Shown here in pieces: positions 1 through 10,790 of a DNA stretch of 64,000 nt. The stretch is taken from the NCBI GenBank assembly GCA_001724265.1, contig MEDY01000090.1, positions 1-64,000 on the forward strand. The letters run 5' to 3'. This stretch comes from Rhizaria sp. SCN 62-66. Taxonomy: Eukaryota. The position numbers and the translations under genes are program-made. The notes under the pieces were generated by a model. The model ran no database searches and was not told where the DNA came from. It saw nothing but the letters and a program-made list of their open reading frames with translations. How positions within the stretch are numbered: position 1 is the stretch's first letter; each line of letters starts with the position of its first letter.

Positions 1-601
1 AGGAAAACGAAGTGTGTATACACAAGAAACGCCACCTTTAAATCGCGACCGGCAAAAGCTGTCGACTGGAATTTTATGCAGAATGTCGACGGTAACAGAT
101 GCGCACATATTGGTGTGCGTAATCGACGAGTTATGAAAACAGTCCAAGTCTTGGAAAGAAGACGTCTACACCGCCATAGGCGTGGCGAGATTACTATCAA
201 GATGTTAATTGAAGAACGTGTAATAAAGAAAAATCTATAATTAAACTTATTTTTTACGAATAAATCATACAAATACGCCAACCCTGTGTCTATATGCGAT
301 ATTACAGTCAAATAATTCACATCCACAAACGTGTGGGCTAGGGCGACGTAGCCTGGGATGGGGCAAGGAAGTGCGTTTAAATCCAACGTCCAATACATGT
401 TACAATAAGCTTTAAACGCTAAATTATCATGTTTATACAAAATAAATGCTGAATGATCGCTCAAATCATGAAACAATCTTTCATATATTCTTTTTTTAGG
501 TCAAGTACCAAAAATTTGGGTTCCAGACACCATCGAGCATCCAGATTCGAACAGCTTGATTCTTCGGAGATGAGCAACTGAATGTGGCGCAGATAAAAAA
601 C

Positions 602-673
602 GGGGCAATGGCACAGTCGTAGCGCGTGAGATTCCAGTCCTCAAGGTCGGGGGTTCAATTCCCTCTTGCCTCT
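602..673 (+). tRNA. tRNA-Trp(CCA), atypical
   Basis: Cloverleaf: acceptor GGGGCAA/TTGCCTC, D arm GCAC-AGTCGTA-GCGC, anticodon arm TGAGA-TTCCAGT-CCTCA, T arm GGGGG-TTCAATT-CCCTC. A T-run follows. Confidence 0.85.
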
Positions 674-676
674 CTC

Positions 677-683
677 TTTTTTT
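677..683 (+). terminator. Pol III oligo-T terminator of tRNA
   Basis: T7 run immediately 3' of the tRNA. It is mirrored by an A-run at 5022-5027 for the second copy. Confidence 0.6.
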
Positions 684-1379
684 GTCCGGGTCGACTCTGG
701 CCACCCGGAGCACATTTTTTTTGCACCTCGGAGCCTTCATGAACGCCCTCTCCGGGCCCGCCGCGGCCCGCCAAGCCCACGCAGCTATTTTGGAAGGGCT
801 CTGCGCCGCTGGCGGCGTCAGTCAAGCGATTCACGCACGTCCGAGACTGTTTTACCACTCTGCAGTCGCCACCACAGTGCCGCAACGCGCGGGTGGATCT
901 GATCGAACTGGGGAACAACGGCCTCGGAGCAGGACCATATGTACTTATTTTTTTAAAGTAAAACCAGAGAAAACCAGAGAGAACTGTTATTCATGAACGA
1001 ATAAAATTAATAATCTACTTCAGCTTACTGGTGGCACAGTCGCTGATAGCACAGCAGCAACGACAGCGCATCAGTGACAGCGCAGCAGTGCCAGCACGTT
1101 AAAACGCAGTTACGCGCCGCCGCTATATTAATATTAAGCTTACTAGTAAATGTCAGTTCTACTACAAGTACTAGTATTATTCAGTAGTACTGTAGCAGAA
1201 TAATCGACTGGGATAAACAAACAAGTGTGACAGAGGCAGTGTTAATAGGAATCGATCGAGGAAGCAGCTAATAAATAAAATTAGTTCTGTATTTTTTGTA
1301 TTTATATCGCTATATACTGCTATTAGTCATATCAACACATAAAAATAAGGATTTGACTTCCTTTACGACATGAGCAACT

Positions 1380-4373
1380 TTACGTAACTTGTAAAGCCTT
1401 GTCGATTTGCTCCATGAACTCCTGGTCGCTCAGATTAGGCTTCCCCCAGTACATCTTAGCTGTCTCCAGCACATAATCAACCCCAAACAGTACCTGAAGC
1501 GGCTCAATCATAAACTCCAGCAGCCACTCCTTCTGGAATGCGTTGAGTTTAGCCGCCGCGCCGTCCGCAGGCAGCCAGTCTGAGAGTATGTGCACCAGAC
1601 TGCCCAGAAGCACACCGATCTCTTTCTGCACGTTTGAATGAGCCGCCGGTGCCAGTGCAGCTAGCGCGCGCAGTAGTCCCGCTCGCACAGCGAGCCCCGT
1701 AGTCTCCCATCCGGGTGCCATGCAGCTGTGCGCGTCCATGGACAGCACTATCCTAGTGAAGTACACCGCCCACGCGACCGTATCGGCGGTGTTGTCATTG
1801 GCCGCCTGCATGAGCGAAAAAACCGAGCCCAGGTGCGACTGCGACAGATCCACACGCGCCTGCTCACGATTTGTCGGGATCGGGAACCTCCGGATCTCGC
1901 GCGTTGCGAAGCTGCCGCGCCATTGCGCACCCGTGCGATTTTTCTCCGGCAATGTGCCACAGACGACGCTGACGAGCATCGGCGTTTCCGCAGCACCGCG
2001 CATAATATCCATCACGTCGATAGCAACGCGGTGACCGGCGTTCCATACCGCGGGTGAAAGTAGCTGCATCAGCGCGTTGCCAGCGCCGCGGCGCATCGCG
2101 GCGTACATCTCATTGAACGGCCGGCTGGAGTCGCCAGAATCTTGCTAAAGTAGATTCGACACCAAAAGCTCCCAACTGAAGAATGTCGCTTTTCGGAAAA
2201 ATAGATGTGGGATATAGGGCACCAGCGGAAGCACGGCGAACGCGCTGGCTGTCAAGACTTCGGCGAGGAGCCACACAATAGGCATCCGCGGCATATCAGC
2301 TTCCGCTGTGAGCTCGGGCTTGGGGTCCAGCGGGTTCTTGTCCTGTTTGTACGCCCGCACAGCCGCAACAAACGCGCGCATGTTCTTCTCCTCCGTTTGC
2401 GCCACTGCAGCGACGCGCGCGGCAACCGCAGGCAGAACAGACTCGTCGCGCACAGCCACGATCGCGCGGTCCGCGGCTGCCTGCCATGCTGCTGCGGCCG
2501 TGGGGTGTCGCTGCCACACTGCGGCGTTGAAAATATCTTCGGACCGCAGCGAGTTACCTCGCAGCGGCTCGTCACAAGGCAGTGAGACGCCCAGGTCAAT
2601 CGCGGCGTTCGACAATAGGACGCAGATGTGTTTGCTCATACGGGCCGCGGCCACGAGTCGGAGCAGGTCCGCGCTGGGCGCGGCAAACGGGTCGTTGCGC
2701 TTCTTCTTACCAACCACATCGGCAGCGTCAACGCTAGTGTTGGCTCCAGTGCAAATGCTAACGTCTATATTCTGGTCGTCTTTACCGGCGGTGGCGGCGG
2801 CGGCAGCGGTGGCGAATGTGGCGGCCTGCAGTGCCGGATCCCCCATCGTAACAGTGAAAACAAGCGAGGGCAGGGGACCCGCGGCCAGCGCATGGGCGCC
2901 AACACGGGCCACTGCGTAGTGTCGTGTCACAAGCTCAGCCTCCACCAAATGCGTAACGTGGAACGACTTTCCGTTGTTAAACGTCGTCACTTTCACCGCA
3001 AGCAGAGCTAACGCGCTGAGCATGTTCGTATAAATGTTGTCTTGACAGGACAACGTGCGTAGAGCACGTTCAAATAGTCGCAGCACCTGAATCTCAACGC
3101 ATCCGTCAAATGAGGTTGGCAGCAGCTCGACTGAGTCGTCGCATGGACGCACTGAAGTTGCAGCTGCACTGGTAGTTGCAGTGGCCTGCGTCTCGTTGTT
3201 GCAGTCTTTGTTCACATTAGCATCAAACTTGGTTTCGTTGCTTCCCTTTTGACATGTACCTTTGATCTCCTCGCCACCATTATCATTGCCATCGTTATCG
3301 CCGTCAATTGTGCCCTCACTGTCGTTGCTCCCGTCGTCATCCTCGCTGGGAAGCTCGATCAGCACAGGACTGTTGACTGTCCAGGCCACATGACCCGCAC
3401 GTGGACTGTATGCAAAGGAAAACTTCACGGTGCGTGCGAGCGACTCGACCAGTAACGGATTCGTCAGCGGTGCCGCTAACAGCGCGGGCAGCAAAACAGG
3501 CGTCAGTGCGAGCGCGAGTCGGGCGCGATACCGGCGCGGGGCCGCCGCTTGCAACCCGCACAGCGCAATGGCCGCCAGCGCCGCGTCGCTGCGCACAGGT
3601 GAGTAGAGCAGTGGTACCAGCGCGGCGCGCGTGGCGGCCACAGCGGTGGGCGTGTCGTAGAAATGCGCGACGCGACGGCGCAGAAAGCGAAGCACGTGCT
3701 TGACGAGAGCCAGATGCGTGATTTTCTCGGCATTAGTGCGGACGGCGGCTGCTGTCGCACTGGTAAGCTCCTCGTCTTCGTTTGTAGCGTTGACACGGCG
3801 TGATAAATCTTCACGGTCACCGAGGCGCTCTTTGTGCGCGTCTTCACCATAATCGTCACCACCTTCATCACCTTCGTCGCCTTCATCGCCTTCGTCGCAT
3901 TCATCGCATTCGTCGCCCTCGTCGCCCACGTCAGTGTTACCGTCTTGATCTGCATCAGTAGCCTCTTTTGAATCTTCATTCTTCCTGCGAAGCTTTGCCA
4001 GCCGGCCTACGATATCATTAGAGCTGTAGATGCGGAGATGGGTCAATAGGTCTGCGAAGGCAGCGAGCCGCACCAACGCGGTACGCCGCGTCAACGCGTT
4101 GTTCAGTTCAAAGATTGGCATGGCGTGGAAGGAGATGTCAAGTGCTGATAGTAGATGTGCTGCGGAGAGAGGATAGTCCTTACGGTCGTCGTACAGCCGA
4201 TAGTCGAGAAGGCGAATGCCTCGAGCGAGCTTCGAGATTAAGGTGCGGGCCAAGGGTGGTAGCTCCTGTCCAATCAGGAATTTGACATCCCGAACAGCGG
4301 CACGCGAAATAGTCACGTCGTTAACCGCACTAGTCATGGCAATGCTCGTGTTCACCGTCGTTACAAGTCCCAA
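1380..4373 (-). CDS. Hypothetical protein (~1000 aa, helical with acidic inserts), one gene through the in-frame TAG at 2145-2147
   Basis: ORFs 2145..4373 and 1380..2108 are in the same frame, separated only by TAG plus 12 sense codons, and the frame ends in TAA. It also continues upstream through another TAG at 4392-4394, so the true 5' end is uncertain. No recognisable domain. Confidence 0.65.
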
Positions 4374-4813
4374 GTGTGTTTCTGCAAGGCTCTATGACTT
4401 TGCAAAAGTTGTCGAGGAAATGTCAAGCCGAAGCAAATGTAGCTCACTCACTAAGGTTTTTTGTTGTAGAAAAAACTGATCATCATGGAAAGACAAAAAA
4501 GACAACAAACGATATAGTACTAAATAAATGCATCTAGAACATTTCATATGAAATTCACGATGATAATATCGTGAGCATTCAGGTTTAAAGTGTCGGAAAG
4601 GTCGAAAAGTGCAAAATGGCGTTTGTGGTGAGAGTGAGTTCTCTTGAAAGACACAGCGTATTTCTTCATTTCTTCACTTATACTATCATCTTTAAGATGT
4701 CCGCTTAACATAAATAGTTGCAAATATCCCACGTGATGCATACTCTTATACTATTTTACCGCATGAACATGTACTTACACCGTAAACCACTATCTTCTCT
4801 CACAACCATACTT

Positions 4814-5212
4814 TTCAACCAGAAGCTACTCGCGCGTTGCGGCGACAGCAGCGTGGTACTAGTAAAACAGTCTCGGACGTGCGTGAATCGCTTGACTGAC
4901 GCCGCCAGCGGCGCAGAGCCCTTCCAAAATAGTTGCGTGGGCTTGGCGGGCCGCGGCGGGCCCGGTGAAGGCTCCGAGGTGCAAAAAAAATGTGCTCCGG
5001 GTGGCCGGAGTCGACCCGGACAAAAAAGAGAGAGGCAAGAGGGAATTGAACCCCCGACCTTGAGGACTGGAATCTCACGCGCTACGACTGTGCCATTGCC
5101 CCGTTTTAATCTGCGCCACATTCCTAAGCTCATCTTCGAAGCAACCTTCGAAAATCAAGCTGTTCGAATCTGGAAGCTCGATGCTGTCTGGGGCCCAAAT
5201 TTTTTGTACTTG
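4814..5212 (-). repeat. Right arm of ~400-bp inverted repeat (contains tRNA-Trp)
   Basis: Reverse complement of ~502-907. Confidence 0.9.
5031..5102 (-). tRNA. tRNA-Trp(CCA), atypical; identical to the copy at 602-673
   Basis: Exact reverse complement of 602-673. Confidence 0.85.
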
Positions 5213-5971
5213 TGCTGAAAATAATTTTTAACTGTTTTGTGTCTGCGCGCTTAGGCAGGATACACCCGGACAATTTGTTTTGTTGGGAAATATAATACTG
5301 TACACTTAACAATATGTATTTGTGTGTGGGTAATATTTTATGATTCAATTTATTATCAGGGCTTCTATTATTAATGTACTAGTACATATTGTACTGTATT
5401 ATACTACTAAGTATATAGTACGTACTACTCGTAGTACAGTAACACATCCCGTTTCTTCCACTCATCACCGTTGTAGTAATATTAATTAATATAGTAGTAG
5501 TAGTAGTAGTAGTATCATCTGTCATGGGTGGCAGCCGGCGGGAGGTGGAAACAAGCTTACAATGTACAGTATTATGTGTCAGCATAAGGTCATCATCAAA
5601 CAACAACTGCGACAGACAGATAAGCTGACAGACAGACGACATTGCACAGTCGCAGGAGCAACAGAAAACAGAAGCAGCAGCAGCAGCAGCAGCATGTGTC
5701 AGTTTACAGCACCTCTCGGAACTCCGGAAATCAGCGATAGACGCGGGGCGATACAACTCGCAAACCATCAAAATCCATGAACATGTACATGTATGTATTC
5801 TTTTTTTTATCACCGTAATCGGGAGTTCCCGGAATATCAAGACAGAAAGCAAAAGACAAAACAACTGCATCAAAAGATGACACAAAAGCACATAAATTCC
5901 CCAATAAATTGACTACATATTCCACGAACAAGCAATCGTTCTTGATTCGTTTTTCAATCAAATGGATTCAG

Positions 5972-8900
5972 TTAGCCCATAAGCGCTTCCCACGAACTCT
6001 ATTCCTCCGTCATTTCCTTTTTCTTTCCTCCCGCAGCAGCAGAGCTTGCCGAGCTATTACTACTTGTCACAGGAGTCTTCTCAGCAGCCACAACAACCCG
6101 ACCACCAGCGCTAGTGTTGTTGTAGCTATTGTAGTTGTCACTCTTGAGCTTTAACGGCGCAATACCTCCCTTGGCGCCGCCCGTCGTCGTGCTGCTCACA
6201 CCCACAGAAACGGAGCTCAACAGCGCCGTATTGCGGTGCGGCTGCATGAGAATGTTGAGCCCGTCGCCGCCATACCACGCCGTTTCACCGCTCTTGCGCG
6301 CGAGGTTGTACACGGCATCCGCCACACGCGCCACCACGGGGTTCCCCGAGGCGTCGACGAGCAGCAGCGTGAGCGCAGAGCACTCCCAGCAGACGAGTGC
6401 GCCCGTGACGCGGCAGTGGTGTTTGCGGGTGAAGAAGCCAAACTCGACGTCGCAGTGCATGCACTTGGTGCCAGCCTCGTCGCTCACCCACTTGTCACCG
6501 CCACGGGAAACCTTGGCCTTGAGAGCAGCTTCCTCAGCCGCCGTCATCCGCTTCCGAATGGGAGACTGCGCACTCGCACCAGAGCCAGAGCCAGAGTTTG
6601 AGTTGTCACTTGCACTTGCGTTGTTAGTCGAAGGAGTTGAAGAAAGACTCTGGTCGTGGTCCAAGTATGTGCCGACCATGCCCTTAAGCGGAGCCGAGTT
6701 CTTTTTGTACCAATCGCACACGTTGCCAAGCGCGGTCCTCTCATCCGTCGCGCCCCCAGCTTCGAGCCCAAACACGACGCCGGCAACCGAGGCCGTGCCC
6801 ACTTCCACGGGCCGCACATCCGCCTTGCTGCGCATTCCGGCAACGCGCGCGCCGCGGAGACAGAGAAACTTCTTGACATCATACAGCCGTTGGCGTCCGT
6901 CGCGCGAGAGCGTCGGCAGCGTCTTGCGTGCCGCAAACGTCAAGTGGTGCATCGCAGCGTTGCCGTCGTTGTCGCGCAAGTTCGGCCGCGCGCCCTTGTC
7001 CAGCAGCAGCCGGATCACGGCGCCGTTGTCCCCGCGCGCGTACTGCAGCACCCGCGGCGTGCCGTCGTCATTAAAGGCGCCGTCGGGCTCAGCGCCGGGC
7101 GGCAGGCCAGCGGGGCCGTCTGCGGGAGGAACGTGGTTCATGCACGCAAGCATCAGCGGCGTGCGGCTTAACTTGTCGCGCGCGTTGACGTCAGCGCGCA
7201 GCATCAGCAGCAGTTTCGCGAGCTCAAAGTCGTTTTCCGCGGCGGCGACGTGGAGCAGCGTGCGGCCAGTCTCATCTTCGTCGACGCAGTCCACAGGGCA
7301 GCCGCTGCCGACGAGCGCGCTCAATACCGCGGGACGGCGCGCTGCGAGCGCGATGCAGAGCAACGACCGGCGCTGGGCGTCGCGCTGGGTCGGAGACGCG
7401 CCGTGTGCGAGCAACAGCAGCACTGTGCGGAGGTTGCCGCGGTGCACTGCGGCCTGCAGCGGGGTCAGCGGGTACGCGCCGAGGCCAGCGGCGGCGAGGA
7501 GAGTCGGGGATGAGATGGGCTGGTCGATCTTGAGGTCGGCGATGATGCGCGCACGTTCTTCGTCGCTCAACACGGGCGACTCTTCAGAGCCGTCGTCGTC
7601 TTCGTCATCGTCGTGGTCTAAGGTGTCAGTGCTGGCGTTGTCTTGAGAGCAGACGCCTTCAAGACGCAGGCGTTCGCGGGCTGCAGCAGCGGCTGCCTTG
7701 CCGCGGCCCGGGTCAGCGCCACGTAAGATACCCTCTGCACGCACGTACTCGTCATCGCACACAGCCTAAAGAAAAAAATGCAGCGAAATGTCAGCCAAAT
7801 AGAAACAAAAAATTAAAAGCAAGTAAATTAATGATAATTCGGAAAATATTTTCATAAAATAGAGAGAAATCAACTCAAGATGTTTGCAAATGTGTCAATC
7901 TGTACGTACTTGGAAGAGGCGCGAGCTGAGTAGCTTGGCGGCTGCGGCACCGCGCGTGGCACGGCGCGACACAAGCGCTGCCTGCGACCGCTCCACAAGG
8001 ATCGTCACTGGGCCCTTGATCTTGCTCTTATTCACACCCGTAGAATCAGTAGAATGCGCCTGCGAATCGGCGTTTTGCTCCGCGTCAGGCACTGGCTCGG
8101 CGACAAGAGCCCAGGCGCGGTCGCCGACGTCCGTCAGCGCGTTGTGCAGCTGTGTGAACTTGACCATTGCGCTCTCAGCCGGCACTTGCACCGTGTGCGC
8201 AAGCGCTTCGGCCACGGCGGCGGCGCGCGTCGCGTGGATAGTCGCGGCAACACGGGCGGCGACGAGCGCGCGCGAGAGCAGCGGCAAGCAGCGGCGGCGT
8301 AGCGTCTCTGCGAGCGTCGCCTCGACCTTGTCCGTCGCCACGCGCGCCGCGGCCACAAACGCGTCGCGCAACTCGCTAGCGTCGCCGGCGAAAGACTGCG
8401 CGTCGTTGCCGTTGTTGCTATTGTAGAGTGAGAGCGCGGTGGCAATAAACACGGTTTCCAGTGGCGCAAACGCGTCGACCGCCGCTTCCGCAGCCTCAGT
8501 CTCGGCGCGCAGCTCAGCGAGCCCGCGGCGCAGACGCAGCAGAGCGGCGGCGGCGGCGCGGCGGTGCGGGTGCGCACGGTGCAGCGCGCGCAGCTGCGCC
8601 TCGAGGGCAAGCACGGGCCGGTCAAGCAGCGCCAGCAGACCGAGAGTTGGCACGGTGAAGGCGGGCACGTCGAGCTCTTCGGGGGCTCGCATCTCGTACC
8701 CACCCGCGCTCTCATCGCCGTTGCCGTGAGTGACAAGACTGCCAGCGTCTGTGTCGTCTTTGCTCGCGGCGCTCGCAGAGTCGGTGTCGAGGTCGATCGT
8801 GTCGCGCAGTCCGTCGGCCTCGGCGGTCATGGCGGCTTCGCGCGAGCGCGCCTCGGCTAAACCGCGCAGCAGCGGCGCCGCAACACCGCCCTGTGTGGCG

Positions 8901-10758
8901 CCGACAAAGGCACCGGAGCTCACACCGGTCCGCGCAATCGCAACGACACCAGCGACAAACTTCTTGCTCTTTTTGCTCTGCTTAGTAGTATTATGCTCTT
9001 GCTCATGATCTTGCTCTTGCGCTTCAGCTGCTTGTTGCTGCTCAAAGTGGTGTTGCAGCGCAGCCAACGCCGCTTGCCTCTCCTGCTCTGTGGGAACGTA
9101 CGAGTGCTCCACCGTCCACTCCACACCGTACTGCCGCTGCTTGGCCGCGTCTTCGGCCAGCTCAGCCTCGAGCGCGCGCACCGCGACGGCGATGGCCGCC
9201 GCCACGCGCGCGCGCCCGGCGTCGGCGTACGCAAGCAGAGAGCGCAGCACAAGCGCGCAGCCGCCCGGACGCCACGCAGATGGGTTATCAAGCGGGTTCG
9301 CGCCCAAGGCGGCGCGGCGGGCTTCGAGGTGGGCCAGACGCAGGCGCAGCGGCGCGGTGGCAGCGGCCATGGCGTCGGCTTCACTCTGCTGCTACTGCTG
9401 CTGTTGCTGCTGTGCGCTGTCGCTCGCAGTGTTGTTGTTGTCGTTGTTAGACTGCAGAGAGAGAGTGAGCGAGCGCGTGCGTGCTTCTTTGCGGAGACGG
9501 AGAGCTTCTTCTTCCGCTTCAGCGACAGAGGCGCGGACGCGGGCGATTTTGCTCTCGAGATCTTCCACAGCAGCACCAAGCGCAGCGCGCTGGATGGCGT
9601 CGAGAGTCACAGACAGCTCCGGGTGAAGCAGCTGAGACTGCGGCACTGAGGACAGATAGGGCCACGACTTGCTCACGGTCGCTCTGTTGCTCACAGTCAC
9701 TTGTTGCGAGTGAGGCTGCTGCGACTGAGGGACGAGAGAAGCAAGGATCGGGGTCAGAGCGGAGGCGAAAAAAGCAGCCTTCTCCGCGGCAGAGGCCTGC
9801 TGTTTCTGCTGGAGCTTCGAAAGCAAGTCCGCAACGGCAGATGCAGCGGCAGCGGCGGCCTCGCGCGCAGCAGCGCCTTCTTCACTGGCGCTCGCGTCGT
9901 TGCCGTGGGGGATATTCGTATTGATGGCGGCAGCGGCGGCGAGAGTGCTGTTGCGGAGCAACACACGCACACGACGTGATAGCGCAGCTGCTTGCACGCG
10001 CCAGGACTCGGCAGCGCGGTCGTCGCTGTCGCTGCTGTCGCTTGCAGCAGAGAGCGTTTCGGTGAAGAGTGCAGCCAAGAGGGAGTTGTTTTTCGTGGTT
10101 GAGACGCAGCTGTTCGCAGCAGCCGAGGACCGATACGGCACAACACAGCCAGAGGCACTCTTCCCCCCACTCGCGGCGTTCGCAGTGTTTTGCGCAGCGT
10201 CGCCCCACACAAAGACGCGTGTGACTGGGAACGGTAGCCCCGTGCCGTACACCACACCGACAGGCACTGGAGCGCTCGCAAAGCTAGAGTTCGCAGGAGT
10301 GCAAGAGGCAGCGCGGACAAGAGGGCGTGCCATGACCACAGAAACGCGCTCACTCACTCTTGCACCGCCGTTCGTCGCGGCAGCACTCGAGTTCATAGCG
10401 GGAGCATCGCCCCAGAGCCCTCCGGACTTGACGGACCTCGCAGCAGTGCCACTGCTCGCGCCCGCGGTCGCAGGCTTCAGCAGAGTCAGCGCGGGCACGC
10501 TAGAGCCAGAGGCACTTAGACCCGCGATGTAAGTACCCGTGGGGAAGAGCGCGGCGGCGGCAGCCCTGCGCGCACGGCGGCGGAGGCGTTGTTGCATTGC
10601 GTGCCTCTCTACCACAGGATCACAGAGATACACCGCAGTACGCAGTTGCTGCAACGCAGCAGCGCGTGCCACAGCGTCTTCAATGCTTTCGTCGCCGTCA
10701 ACAGTAACAACACTGCGGCTATGTGCACTCGTGTCGTTGGTCACGGCAGCGGCCACTG

Positions 10759-10790
<32 letters not shown>

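Larger units (their letters stand above)
502..907 (+). repeat. Left arm of ~400-bp inverted repeat (contains tRNA-Trp)
   Basis: Aligns by eye with the reverse complement of ~4814-5212 (CAAGTAC.AAAAATTTGGG...CCAGATTCGAACAGCTTGAT...tRNA...GCCGCAACGCGCG), with a few indels and substitutions. The inner boundary is approximate. Confidence 0.9.

Noticed and set aside
602-673. Blastocrithidia-type 4-bp anticodon-stem tRNA-Trp reading UGA
   Set aside because: The unpaired position here is 31-39, not the top 27-43 pair, and no gene model needs an internal TGA.
501-996. Short ORFs overlapping the repeat arms (also 4718-5218)
   Set aside because: They are translations of the tRNA and its flanks. Indels between the two arms break them.
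502-5212. Autonomous DNA transposon with terminal inverted repeats
   Set aside because: No DDE, HUH or recombinase motif is recognisable in the enclosed ORF, and no target-site duplication is evident.
5375-5520. TAC/TAG-rich quasi-palindromic stretch (similar at 1125-1195)
   Set aside because: Low-complexity AT-rich intergenic DNA with no consistent unit or supportable function.
6135-7646. Long antisense ORFs (also 22053-22979, 55431-56891 and many others)
   Set aside because: They are shadows of GC-rich, codon-biased sense genes and lack domain motifs.
7895-7909. Apparent TGA/TAA ends of track ORFs (7895, 30962, 32837, 44699, 45471, 46111, 47201, 52979)
   Set aside because: They fall inside introns just after GT donors, so they are neither gene ends nor readthrough sites.
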